Positions 1 through 11,700 of a stretch of 64,000 bases of DNA are shown in pieces. The stretch spans positions 1 through 64,000 of the forward strand of contig JAHLWZ010000511.1 in NCBI GenBank assembly GCA_020536535.1. The letters run 5' to 3'. Under the pieces are notes generated by a model. It ran no database searches. It saw only the letters and a program-made list of their open reading frames with translations, and was not told the origin of the DNA. Source of the stretch: Pelomyxa schiedti (lineage: Eukaryota; Protista; Evosea). The stretch's first letter is position 1; the number at the start of each line of letters is the position of its first letter. The translations under genes and the position numbers were made by a program.

Positions 1-842
1 CGAACCCGAGAAGAGACTCACTGCCAACTGCATCCGCGAGGTCAACGCTGATATTCTAGCCCTTCTCATCCAAGGCAATGACCAGCGCTACATCAACGCG
101 GGCCTGCTGTCAAAGTACCCCCTAGGAGTGATCCGGACGCACAGGGACGAGCTCAAGCCAAAGTCCGATACGCCACTATTCAGTAGGGACTGTCTAGAAG
201 TCGAGGTCAAGGTTGGTTCCAAGCACCTTCACGTTCTTGTCAATCACTTCAAGTCCATGATGGGCGGGCGTGACGAAACTCTTGCAGGTCAACAAAGTAG
301 TTGAAATCCTTAATGAGAGAGGTCAGGAGTATCTTCAATCGGTACTATTACATGGCTTACACACCTTTATCCCAAACAAGATATGGCCCAGAGATAAGAG
401 GAAACTTGATTGTTCTTGGTGACTTCTATGATTACTGTGGGGCCAGATGATCAAGAGAGTGGAGTCACACCCCTGGTTTACAACCCAATCTGGAGAATGT
501 TCTTGCGAGGACGAACCACAGACGCACTTCTACAAGAAAGGCTGCGAGTATGAGCAGCATTAATACGTTCTTTCAGGTCACTTGTCTTCCTCTTGCAACA
601 AAAAAAGTTAACAGGAAAAAAAAACAAAAACAGGTATCTGTCTATGGCACCCAAGAATAGAGATACTGTGCCGCAAGTACTGCGCAAGGGAATCACACAC
701 CAAGCTTCTAGATATACCGGGGAACGATACACTGACACAAAGTGCGTGAAATCAAGTCTCATTTGCCTTACCAACTTATAGTCTCACAGGTCTCGAGGCG
801 AGTGATCATTGCCTATTCCACATGGACTTCTATCTCCCCTAA
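1..842 (+). pseudogene. Endonuclease/exonuclease/phosphatase (EEP) family gene, 5'-partial and apparently degraded
   Basis: Frame 2 reads ...EVNADILALLIQGNDQRYINAGLLSKYP...FSRDCLEVEV...VLVNHFKS. Later exons give NLIVLGDFYD and GLEASDHCL before TAA at 840-842. The catalytic QE segment after DILAL is missing, GDFN reads GDFY, and there are frameshifts. Confidence 0.7.
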
Positions 843-2129
843 CAAAATATTCGACGCTACGTAGAAGCACCCAATAAACCTTTTTTTCCCTTGACTTCTT
901 TTGCTGCTAAAGTGTTGGGAATCAGTCAAACGGTGCAAAGGCGTCCTAATACCGTTATTTGTGCCCGTGAGTTCGGTTCCCGAAGAATTTTCTGTGGCGG
1001 AATTTTTTTGATGGCGATGTGAATTGAGAAGTGCCCGGGCAGGTGCGGCTTGTGTGGGAATGCTACCCTTGTCGCCCATCAATGTAAACACAAGAATAGA
1101 AAGGGGAACAAGTTTAAGGGTTTTATTTAACTCCTTTGCTATGTTGGTGGTTATAGGCTGAGTCACACTCTGAGTATGTTTCCCAGAGATCCAAATCAGA
1201 AGACCTTCCGCGAACTAATCAACTGTCCATTCTCACACTTGTGTGGGCAGCCGAGAGCGACAAGGAACTTGTTTATTCCAAGTACATCAATGATTATGCA
1301 CCACCCCAGCACAGAGGTCTCGTTAAAGATGACATCTGCACTGCCTGGAGGAACTTGAAGTACCTAAATAGGAGCTCCTGTTGTTTACGACACAGAAGAA
1401 CCCAACCAAGCCACCAAAAGAGAGCCAAAAGACACCATCACAAAGGTCTTTGGCCTCCAACAGAAAATAGTTGCCACAAATATCTACATCAACTCTATCC
1501 TTCAGTGTCGATGGTTTTGAAGTCTTTGGAAGCTCCAAGTACATGAGTAAAATCTTCCACCTAATTATCCCTGCAATCTCTGGGAGATCACACTCCTAGG
1601 CACATCCAACCTCACTGGCCCCATGAACATCTACACAGAAGAACCCAACCAAGCCATTACACCAGAAGCTCAGCCATGACTCGGACCTCCCAACATCCAG
1701 TAACAACCTCGTAACCTTGTAACTTTGTTGATTAAAGCCACAAAAAGCTCTTCCAGAAGTTAATTAAAACACGGTATAAAAATTATTTCAATTACTGGGC
1801 ATATCTCTTTGAGTTGGATAGCACCGCAGGAAAGAAGCACTGCCGGCACGTAATGCGGCAGTACCACAACAATAGATCCTTTCTTTATAAAAGCCTCTCC
1901 ATTTCAAGAGGGCATCCCCTCAACCTCGGCCTCTGCATTACACGAAACACCAACTTAACTAAAAAGACCATAAATAGAAACATCCACGGACAAAAATTGC
2001 ACCACCAGTGTGTACACTCTGGCATGAAGTGAAGCAATACCACAAATTACATGACTCTTCCTCGGAAATACACCTCACGCAAAACCCCATCCAGAAAAAG
2101 AAAGTGATTGTATTGGTTTTGAGCATTCA

Positions 2130-2898
2130 TTATGTGCTCCAATGAAGGTTAACACGGACATGGCCATCGGGCCCCTTCGCGGTGATTGTGAAAAGAGTTG
2201 ACCTCATCCAGTTGAGCGTCACTTTCGTTTTGAACGTAGATCCATCTGACACGGTTCCTGACCAGAAACGTGCTTTCTTAGACCCATCGTTGTAGCTGGA
2301 GAACGCTTCAGCTGTCCAGGAGCCTGGTGGCGCACTCACAGTCCCTGCGAATTTCACTGTGATCCATGGCACTGTGTGTGTGTCCAGATATGTTGCTTGA
2401 CCTTCCCCATGGGACACATCTACGTCGAAGTGGATGTCACCACCCTCTGTTTATATTTGGAGAGAATGCAAAATGTCAACCAATCTGTTCCCACATAATT
2501 TTGTAGCAACACACGGTTTGATGTCCCTCGAGCTGCTATAAGCATGTTCGCCCCAACGTCCTCTGCGCAAAGTGCCCAGGCATCGGCTGACAGGCGGCTC
2601 CTCAATGCTGTTGTTTGTTTGGTTATAATAGGTCAGTGTTCACTGGAGACACTACAGACCGTCCACCCAGAATTGCAAGAACTTTTGTTGCATCTCTTCA
2701 ATGCCACGCTCTCCCAGTAAACTCATTATCCTTTCGTCATGCAGAGTTTCCACTTCCAGTGTGGCCTGTTGTTGAAAAATGAGGGGTCACAACTCACCCA
2801 AAAGAGAAGTAAGTGCTACACACATCTGTCACAGGAGTGCCTGAGGTCAACGAAGCGGGATTTGGCAGTACTGAACACAAAGAAGCATTGGATGCCAT
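2130..2898 (-). CDS. Hypothetical multi-exon protein
   Basis: ATG at 2898 (MASNASLCSV). Segments ATLEVETLHDER..., LRSRLSADAWALCAED... and VSHGEGQATYLD...VNLHWST* follow AG acceptor sites. No family recognised. Confidence 0.5.
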
Positions 2899-3188
2899 GT
2901 TTGTTGGTTTGCTTGCTTGCTTGCTTGCTGTGCCTGCTCGTGCTTTGTTGTTTGTTTTGAAAATGTTTTCAAACAAAAAGCATTTTATAGGCAAACAATT
3001 TTCATTCGTAGAATGCAAAACCAACACTTCCTCTCTTGCTTTTGGGGAATGCCAAAGTCTAGCTAATATTAGGGCTGTTTTGTACTTTTGGGTCCCCAAC
3101 ACAACCCCAAGTTTCGCTGAAGTAACACAGAACTTTTCGGTTTAAATTCAAACCAATTCTTGGCAAAGATTAAAAACAACTTCAGGAG

Positions 3189-6050
3189 ATGAGCCAACCA
3201 AACAGTAGTAGAGGTACACAAGTGGGAGGAGTAATAACAACCGATGGTGCAACAGATTATTCAGGTTGAGTCATTTTGATACCTTTCGCGAATTCTTACT
3301 TCTTCTTGTGACAGGTAAAAATCTTTCAAGCTGTGACAAAGGTGCTTCTGGCGCTGGGGTGGATTATGCAGTAGGTGAGGGGTTGCCCCAGACTGGTGGT
3401 ACTCCTGGGCAACCAGCAAGCACGTTCTACCCCTACAACATGTCTGGCTTCAGGGGGGCCGCACTTGTCATAGCTAACTCCGAATATGTGAGGTTACCCA
3501 ATCTTAATGGATGTGTCCATGATGGAGCCCTGGCTGCTGCAACTTGGAGCAAGCTTGGTTATCAAGTGGAATTAAAACAAAACCTAACTGCAGAGGGCAT
3601 AAAGTGTGCTATTGCTGAACTGTGCAACCGAGCCGTCAAAGAGTGGGACTCTGTTGTGGTGCACTACTCTGGTCATGGCACCAGGGTGCCCATTACATAC
3701 GAAGGATGTACCCATGGAAAGAGTAATGACGTGGACGATGCTGTGATTGGTGTTGACGGTGACGCCAACGCTGGAGTGAGTGTGAAGGAAATACTGGATC
3801 GTTTCATGCCCAAAGTAGCCCCCCTGCTTGCTGCAAGGCCTAAGATCTTTGTATTTGATTGCTGCAGAGGGGCCGCAGCAGAGAAGGCTTGTCCTCGTGG
3901 GGGTACCGTGGTAGACAACCACCTTGCATCGGTGGTGGCAACACTGCCCGACTACGCCGACATGGTGATAGGCAATGCCTCCCGCCCATACCACCTAGCG
4001 TTTGAGACCAAAGGAGCTGGGATCTACAGTGGGACTCTGTACGGGTGCATGGATCAGAACATGTCCTCTAGTAACCCCGTCGACCTGCTACGGGTTCTTC
4101 AACTTACAAATGACACAATAGCACAGTCTTCTCAAGAAAAGAACCTCGTACATCAGAGCCCTAACTTCTGCAGTTACCTCAGGAAGGATGTGTATGTCGG
4201 CTCCAGGGAAGTGCATGCAGAATCAGCACGCGGCTCAGTTCCAATCGAAACCACAACAAGCACCAGCATTGAGGTGGGTGCTTCAAAGCCCCGTGAGAAC
4301 AAACGACCTGTGCCCCAACATTCGGTATTTGTGTTCAGTGACCTGCACCTTGGTGCTTTTCCGCCTGTACGTGACCCTGCCAAATGGGAGCAACGTGACC
4401 TTCCCGATCAAAATGTTGCGTTACTCCAGGCACAACTGAACAAGTGGAATTCAGAAATCTGGTTTCTCACAATTACTCTTTTTTTTTTTTCTAATGTTGA
4501 GTTGCAGTGGGCTGTCATTATCAGTGGAGAGAACTGTTGTTATGAATGGGGACATATTTGACTTTTGGGCACAAGTATTTCCCCCTCCCCTTTTTATCTT
4601 CACTCAGGAGCCCTTCCTTATTCTTCTTTGGCAGCCTCTTGATGTGCTGTTTACAACTATAAGTGACATAACATCTGAAGAGACTATGGCCGTCATCCCT
4701 GAGTGGGGTCAACACCTTACTTTGGCCTGTCACCTTTTTAAGGATACAGTCCTTCAGTTGCATGTTTGTTTTTTTTTTTTTTACTTTGGAATTTTTTTTA
4801 CTTTGGCTTTTTTAAAACATAACTTGGCACAGAAAACAGGAGTTAAGTTTATTTACGTTAAGGGGAACCATGACATGACCGTTACGGAAGTTCAGCTGCA
4901 AGAATTCTTTGGTGAAGTTCCCATTGTGGTAAAGGAGGTGTGTTCTGTCATTGCACTGGCTACAGCCACCTTCCTCGTCTTTGCTCCTTCACTGTTCTAA
5001 CTTCTGTCAAGGATTGCCACCTTCTGCACCTGCAAAACAAAAAATACATTCGGTTTGAGCATGGGCACGCAAAGGACGCATTCAACGCCCCTGTGAAAGA
5101 TAAACACCTCCGGTGCTTGGATATCCTCCCTATTGGGTATCTTATCACTCGTCTGCATGCAACGAACTTTGAGCAGACCAGCTCTGTAAGGGACATCGTA
5201 CAAGAAGAAATCTTGGTTTGATGGAGACAATTTCCATTCGGAATTACCCACTTCATTTCCAGAGACTGGTGAAATCCGGGCTTCCAACCTCTTTAGGCGA
5301 TATACTAAGAACCATCATCAAATGTACTGTTGAAGCTGTGTCAGGAAAGAAAATTGCACAGTTGGCTGAAGAGCAAATCAAAACACCACAGGGGATCATG
5401 ACCGTTGTGTGTAACACACTCCTTCTTTGTCATCTATGTATCACCAATCTATCCTCCCCTGATAGGGTCGCGCACTGCCACTGCTGGAATACGCTATGGT
5501 GTCACAAGTTGAATCGGTACGAGCCTATGTAGTAAATTAAGAAAACCAAGTAAAACAAAACAAACCATCAACGAAAAAGATGCTTGGGCCAGAATTGGAG
5601 CCTCGGTGTGCTGAAATAACGAAAAAAGCCAAGCACAAGTTTATGGAGTTTTTGCTCAGTGCGCACCCTCTTCTTCCACTGCTTGCAGCTTGTTTCTTTG
5701 ATGAAAAGTATCCAATCCACTCCTCTTTTACAACTCACAGTCAATACTTCTAGCTATGGACACAGCCTGTTGCAGAATGACGCAGAAATAGAAGCTATTG
5801 TCTTTGGTCAGTAGTGAACTGCATGCAATGCACAGTGATTTCACACACTTTTAGGGCACACCCATGAGTGCTACAGTGATAGCCTGAAGCATCAGCAGTA
5901 TTTCAATGATGGTGCCTGCTGCAAAGGTGTTTCGGCAATCCAGCTAGACATCCGGGAATCCAAGGTTGATATTTTGTCTTGGAAACCTCCTCTCCCAGCT
6001 CAAACCTGTTTTTTTTTTTGAAGGTTCATGGATCATTTCGGGAGGACTGA
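3189..6050 (+). CDS. Caspase-fold peptidase C14 (paracaspase/orthocaspase-like) fused to a calcineurin-like metallophosphoesterase
   Basis: Protease motifs AALVIANSEY, HYSGHG (His), FVFDCCRG (Cys), AFE and HQSP. The same ORF continues into FVFSDLHLG. Spliced exons then give NGDIFDFW, VKGNHD, RFEHGH and VFG|HTH, i.e. all five metallophosphoesterase motifs. ATG at 3189; likely stop TGA ending at 6050. Confidence 0.85.
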
Positions 6051-6489
6051 AATTTAGGGATTTGAAGTTCTTCAAAAAAATTAAGGCCCTGTTTTTGTCC
6101 TCCAAAAGTTCTTTTGTTTTTTTCTTGGCCATAATATGCTGGACGTTTAGCGCAACTGACAGCATTCCCCAGCGTTACAGAGGGAGGAACTACTAGTAGA
6201 CAAGAAGAAATTCAAAAAAGGAGGTGAGTGCTGACTACCAGAAATGCATTGAAGCAGATGCTGGAATCCCAACACGCACTGCAAACCGGCTTGTTGGCAT
6301 TTCTCCAAAGGGATTCACGTGAATCACGGAGTGTTCTTTCCTTGAATCAACCAAGTTGGGCAATAAATTCGAATTTAAGAGCTGTTTTTGGCTCTAATTC
6401 ACAAAGTTACGTGGGTTACGAAGTTGCGTTCAGGAAGTTTAAAGGAAAAGAGTATAGTACACGCAGCTAGGCTGGCAATTCTGCGGAGC

Positions 6490-7094
6490 TTGTAGCCGTC
6501 AGAGATGTGCGGTATAGCAACAAGGAAGGGAATAGCGTCGCCGCCAGAGCACGTGGCGTTGCGCGGCGAAAAGCTTCCTCGCGGGGATTCCAAACAACGT
6601 TCTGGGGGACGAAATAGGCAGGAGATGGATCATGGGCGTGAACAGGCGGGCCGTCGTCGGGAGTTTGTACCGGAACGGGTCCGGCCAGGCCCGCGGTGGG
6701 TACTGGTTTGTGAGTGTGTCCCACACACTCGGAGTGGTTAGAATATCCTCCGAGTTGGGTGTGAAGCCGTTCGGCGATGTGATCGTGGGATGGCTTGACA
6801 GGAACATGGTCGTTTCGGTGAAGCCCACTGGGAAGGAAAGATGTCCTGCCATCACGAGGTGGCCTTCGGGAAGTCTCAAGGCTTGCTTGAGGGAGCGTTA
6901 CTCTTGGGGTTCTATAATTACAAAGTTTGTAAGAAGCCGCAGTTGGGCTGTTGTGTACACACCCGGGAGGAAAGCGATGGAAATGTGGCCCATTCCGCTG
7001 TCATATTACCCTCTGGTTCTTGTTCCCCTGGGTTCCCAGGAAGAAGAGCTGATGTGGATGGATATCATTGATGGGGAACGGGGAGTTGTGTCTG
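6490..7094 (+). pseudogene. Frameshifted copy of the lineage-specific gene at 42835-44010, truncated by the assembly gap
   Basis: Nearly identical to about 42817-43474 but lacks about 50 nt (42890-42939), which shifts the frame. Confidence 0.8.
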
Positions 7095-7194
7095 NNNNNN
7101 NNNNNNNNNNNNNNNNNNNNNNNNNNNNNNNNNNNNNNNNNNNNNNNNNNNNNNNNNNNNNNNNNNNNNNNNNNNNNNNNNNNNNNNNNNNNNN
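7095..7194. other. Assembly gap (100 N)
   Basis: Run of N. Confidence 1.
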
Positions 7195-8157
7195 AAAAAA
7201 ATGGTTTTTTGGTTGTGCTGGTTCCCAGCTGAATCACTCAGTTCGGAAACAGGACAGAAAGGAAGAAATGATTCAATTAAAAAAAATATTTTTTTTCTTG
7301 TGGTGTAAAAACAACACAAAAAACATCCCACGAGCCCAGGTGCCAACGTGCCCAGCTCCCACACAACGCCCATGCACCAACGCGCTCCAACACGGCTGCG
7401 CTCTAGAGCTACGTGATGCAATCACACCATCAATTCTGGAAACCTGTGATGTACGCACAAAAAAAAATGAAGGGTACAACTACAAGCCAAACGATTGGGA
7501 AAACAAAAAACACAACGACAAAATGGGTGGCTGTTGGTAGTACCCACAAAAGTCCACGTGTGACCAGCCGACTTGAGTTTTTTTTTTTTTGGTTTTTTTT
7601 CAACACAAACACAAAACAAAGCTGTGAGTTCGAAGCCACCTTTCGGAGAAATGGGGCTAACCGTGGCTTCGAAGCCAAGCACTGTTCTGTTCCGAAGGCA
7701 GAAACACTACACAAAAAAAAAAAAAAAAACCAAGACAAACGGTTTGGTTGCACAGACACACCAAGCAGTGTGCCTGTACTGATGCATCAGGTGTTTCAGG
7801 TTTCTCCTTTTCGTCGTTTTTTTCCCAAGTTGGCCACCTTCGGTACTCACCATTTAACAGAATTGATGGTGCGATTGGGATGCTCACTGGGAGTGCAGCG
7901 CGGGAGCGTGGGCGATTGTATGCTCGCTGGGCATGTGGGAGCGTGGGAGCGTGGGAGCAGTGGCTGGGCGGGTTGTTTTTACGTCGCAAGAAAAAAAATA
8001 TTTTTTTTAATTGAATCATTTCTTCCTTTCTGTCCTGTTTCCGAACTGAGTGATTCAGCTGGGAACCAGCACTGAATCATTTCTTCCTTTCTGTCCTGTT
8101 TCCGAACTGAGTGATTCAGCTGGGAACCAGCACAACCAAAAAACCATTTTTTTTTTT
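7195..8157. mobile_element. Non-coding foldback/MITE-like element with about 240-bp imperfect inverted arms
   Basis: 7195-7438 is the reverse complement of about 7858-8157. The right arm carries a 60-bp tandem duplication, and there is an internal hairpin TTCGAAGCCAC...GTGGCTTCGAA at about 7629-7673. Confidence 0.65.
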
Positions 8158-8760
8158 GTCAGCTGGCATTTCCAGAACGGAAACTTTTGTTTTATCGCCA
8201 GCTTTCGATTTCTCAAAAGCTGTTGCGTGAAGCCGATTTCTGCCAGATGGATGAGAAAACGCTGATTAATGATTTTTAGGGTAAGTCTAATGGGTAGCAT
8301 CGATATTAAACTTATTTTTCGTGGGGTTGCTGGGGGTGCCTGGTTGGTGGTGGGGCTTGCTCCGCCTCCAACTTGGGTGCCCTCCTGATTGCCCAGGCAC
8401 TGCACTGCCGCCTCGTGTGGTCAGCCCCACTCCCACAAAAAAAATAAAAACATAAAAACATACTCGATAAGACACGAAAGGCCCTTTTACCGATTGTTGT
8501 TGCTGTTGTATCCCTGTTTTCGGCAGAGATATCTGAAAGGTTACCATCCAGTGGGTGAGTGTTTTTTAAAAGAAAAAACAGTCAGATAAAGGGAAAAAAA
8601 GCCCTTTTTTTACAATTGGTTGTTGGGGTTTACAATGCATAGAAGTGATTCCATTCCTTCTTTGAGTCAGTGTTGCTTGGTTGTATGATGTATTTATGTC
8701 TGGGTTGGTTTTTTTTGTTACAGTCAGGCGCACTGTCACGGTGACACTGGCCGTTTGAAC

Positions 8761-11700
8761 TTATGGAGGGTTGAGGTGCAGGTCTCTCCACCCCTTTGTG
8801 TCAATCGGGAATTCAGTCCTGAGGTAAGTTGTGTGGTCCGGCAGTAGATACTGCTGCACTTTGACACACATTTCGCCGTAGTGCTTCTGCAGCAGCGCGT
8901 GGAACGATGCGTGCTTCTCGGAAATGATGGACTTGTTGAGCGCGAGTGCGAAGCCGCAGAAGTTGACAAACACGCACACGGCCCAGGAGAGTTCCTTTAT
9001 GTGCTGAAGCGGCTGCTTTTGCCGCATTGTGGGAGACAGGAATGTTTCGCATATCTTGAGAGGTCCCTCGTTGACCACTGTGGGTGATATTAGTGGGAAA
9101 GTTTAGAACCAGGTTTTTTTGGATTCACATACTTGGAACAACACTGCCTTGGAGTACTTGTTGCAATGGATTTATCTTTGGGGGTGTATTTTCGAGTTGT
9201 TCTCGGATTTTGTCAATGCGCTCCGTTATAAGTTCAATTGCATTTTGAATTGGTTCCAGAATAATCTGGAAATGGTTAGTCTAGTGTTGCGGACTTTTTT
9301 TTGGACATAGGGCACGGCACCTCGGTTTTGTGTATCACTTCGAGCCGGTTTTTGACAAACGGGAACGGAAGTTCTGTTTGGTATATTGTCTTCTTCTTTT
9401 TCTGGTCAATAAGATTGTCGGCAATCAATTTCTTTCCTTCACTGAATGCTTGGCTGGAAATAAAACGACCTTGAAAAAACACCACTTGTTAGGTGCTGGA
9501 GAATAGTGTGTTTGGACTTACATGTGTTGAAGTGCCGCTGGAAAGGTGAAACTCTAGCAGTTACCTCTGCAGCATCAAAGTACGGGTCCACAAAGGCCAC
9601 TTGATAGTACATTTTGCGTTGGTCAAGAGCTTTTACATCCACAGGCTTGTTGGGTAGTTGGACTACATCTTCCGCTCGGATGACAGGTGGTGGAGGCGGT
9701 GGGATAGGTGGAGGTGGAATGTCTGCATCAAGTGGTGGAGGAGCAATATCGGAATCCGGAGGTTGTAGGCCTGCGGATTCCACTGCGGAAATCGCCTCTG
9801 GTGAAGGTGTTGGTTCTGGTGCAGTGTGTTTGCACAAGAACTGGGATACGTGCTGCTGCATGGTTGCCAAGTTGCAGTCGGGTGGCATTTTGTAAATAAA
9901 CTCTTTGCCAGATAAGGCAGGGAAGGCGTCTCCATAGAAGCCGATGCGGTAAAACCTCCCCAATATGCGAGGATCTTTCCCCTTTGATGAATGGTGAAAG
10001 GAGAGAAAACATTGGAGAGGAATACCTTTTCCTTTTCTATCATGATTTTGCATATGCGGGAGCATTCCTCCATGGCTTGGAGCATCAGGGGATAATTTTT
10101 CTCTCTCTTGTGCAGAGTGCTCAAAAGGTGATTTATTTCAATGCATGTCTCAAATAAGTTCACCTTTTTGATGTTACTGCAAAGGATAAAGGGTTCACAA
10201 AGAAAATGTGTTCACCTTTTCCAAGTATCTTGCTGCCTTCTTGAGGGAATCAATCATTGACTTTTCACACCACAAGTTCGAGGTCAACTTCGCGTTTTTC
10301 TGTGGCATTTTCTATTATGAAGAAATTGCGGAGGGACAGAAGAACCTGGCATAGTCCCATTATCCCTTTCACCGGTCCATCCATTGCAGAAAGATTTGGG
10401 GTGAGGACTGAAAAGTGAGAGGCTGTGATCGAGTCCAAACTGTGGAGAATTGACTCGTCAGGCTGTGATCAACTACCAACGAAGTTCACTTACCGTTTTT
10501 CCAAAATGAGGTACTGGGAAATGAGATACGCAATCATTATTTGGCATTGCGCAGCTTCCTCCCAATCGCGGTACTAAAAGCAAATGTTTATTGGGAGGAC
10601 ACAATCCAAGGTAACTGGCATACCACTCTGTGATGCTTCTTTGAGATAAAGCTATCTAAGTATGTGATCAGTAAGTCTGGATTGTCATTGTAGCTCATCG
10701 CAGCCTGGAAAAATAAGTCCACCTGCGACTCCGGGTCCTTTGTACTGCGAACTTGGCCCCAATACCTAAAGAGCCTGTCAGAAGAAGAGACGTTACAGTT
10801 GGGGCTACCTAAATAGCGCTTTGAGTCTGAAGGTGACTTCTTTGGCATTTTCTTTGAATTCCCGAATTGTGGTTTCCGAGGGATTGTCTACGTATTCGGG
10901 AGCGCGGTTGTCAATGTCATTTTCAATATGCTCCAGCATCTGCAGCAGTAAAAACTGTTGGGAGTCCTGCTGCAATGCAAGGAGGCGAGCAGCAGCCACG
11001 ATTGTTTGTATTTTCATTCGGTACATATCGCCAGTTTGTTTGAAGTTTTGCTGTATTTTTGTGAGAAGAGTTGAACTTGAAGCAATAATGTTACAATTAG
11101 CATCTTCCTAAAGAGTTCTCTTGCTGGGATAAGGAATTTGGAGTTGTGGGCACCATTCATAAAATTGAGCAATTCATTGCTAAGTAGTTCACAATATCTT
11201 TGTAGAAGGTGAAATTTTTGGTTGCTTACATGAAGAGGGTGTAGTACGAATTTCCTTGTGCAACAAAAATTTGATGGCCATGGTTTTCAACAATGAGATC
11301 CAGGACTCCAAACGTTTGTTTCATTACCAACATCTGAACGCATCATTAGCTAGACGCCTAAATAACTGACGTAGTACTTGGTCAGCAGGGGCACTCTCTA
11401 AAACACTTGTAAGCACACTCAGCAGTCGTTGGAAAACAGGGTTTTGACTGCTCTTGAGAAATTCATGTCTGTCTTTTGTGTACTCTTGGCATATCCTCAC
11501 CGCCACTGCCAATACATCATTCAAAGCGGGTTGTTCCTTTGGTTGTTTAATTTCTATCACCCCAGTCTTAATTAAAAATCAGTACCAAATATTTTATGCA
11601 GCTCCATATCAACTCAAGAAATAGTGTGTTGCGTTTCTCTGTATCTCTGGACCACCAGGATTTCAACAAAGAGGGTTGCACGTTCTTGAGTACATAGACA

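Noticed and set aside
1150-2050. Short ORFs on both strands and a 24-bp repeat at about 1390 and 1634
   Set aside because: No recognisable motif or consistent gene model could be built.
6632-7540. ORFs spanning N gaps (also 50184-50672 and 63249-63977)
   Set aside because: Continuity across unknown sequence is an artefact of translating N.
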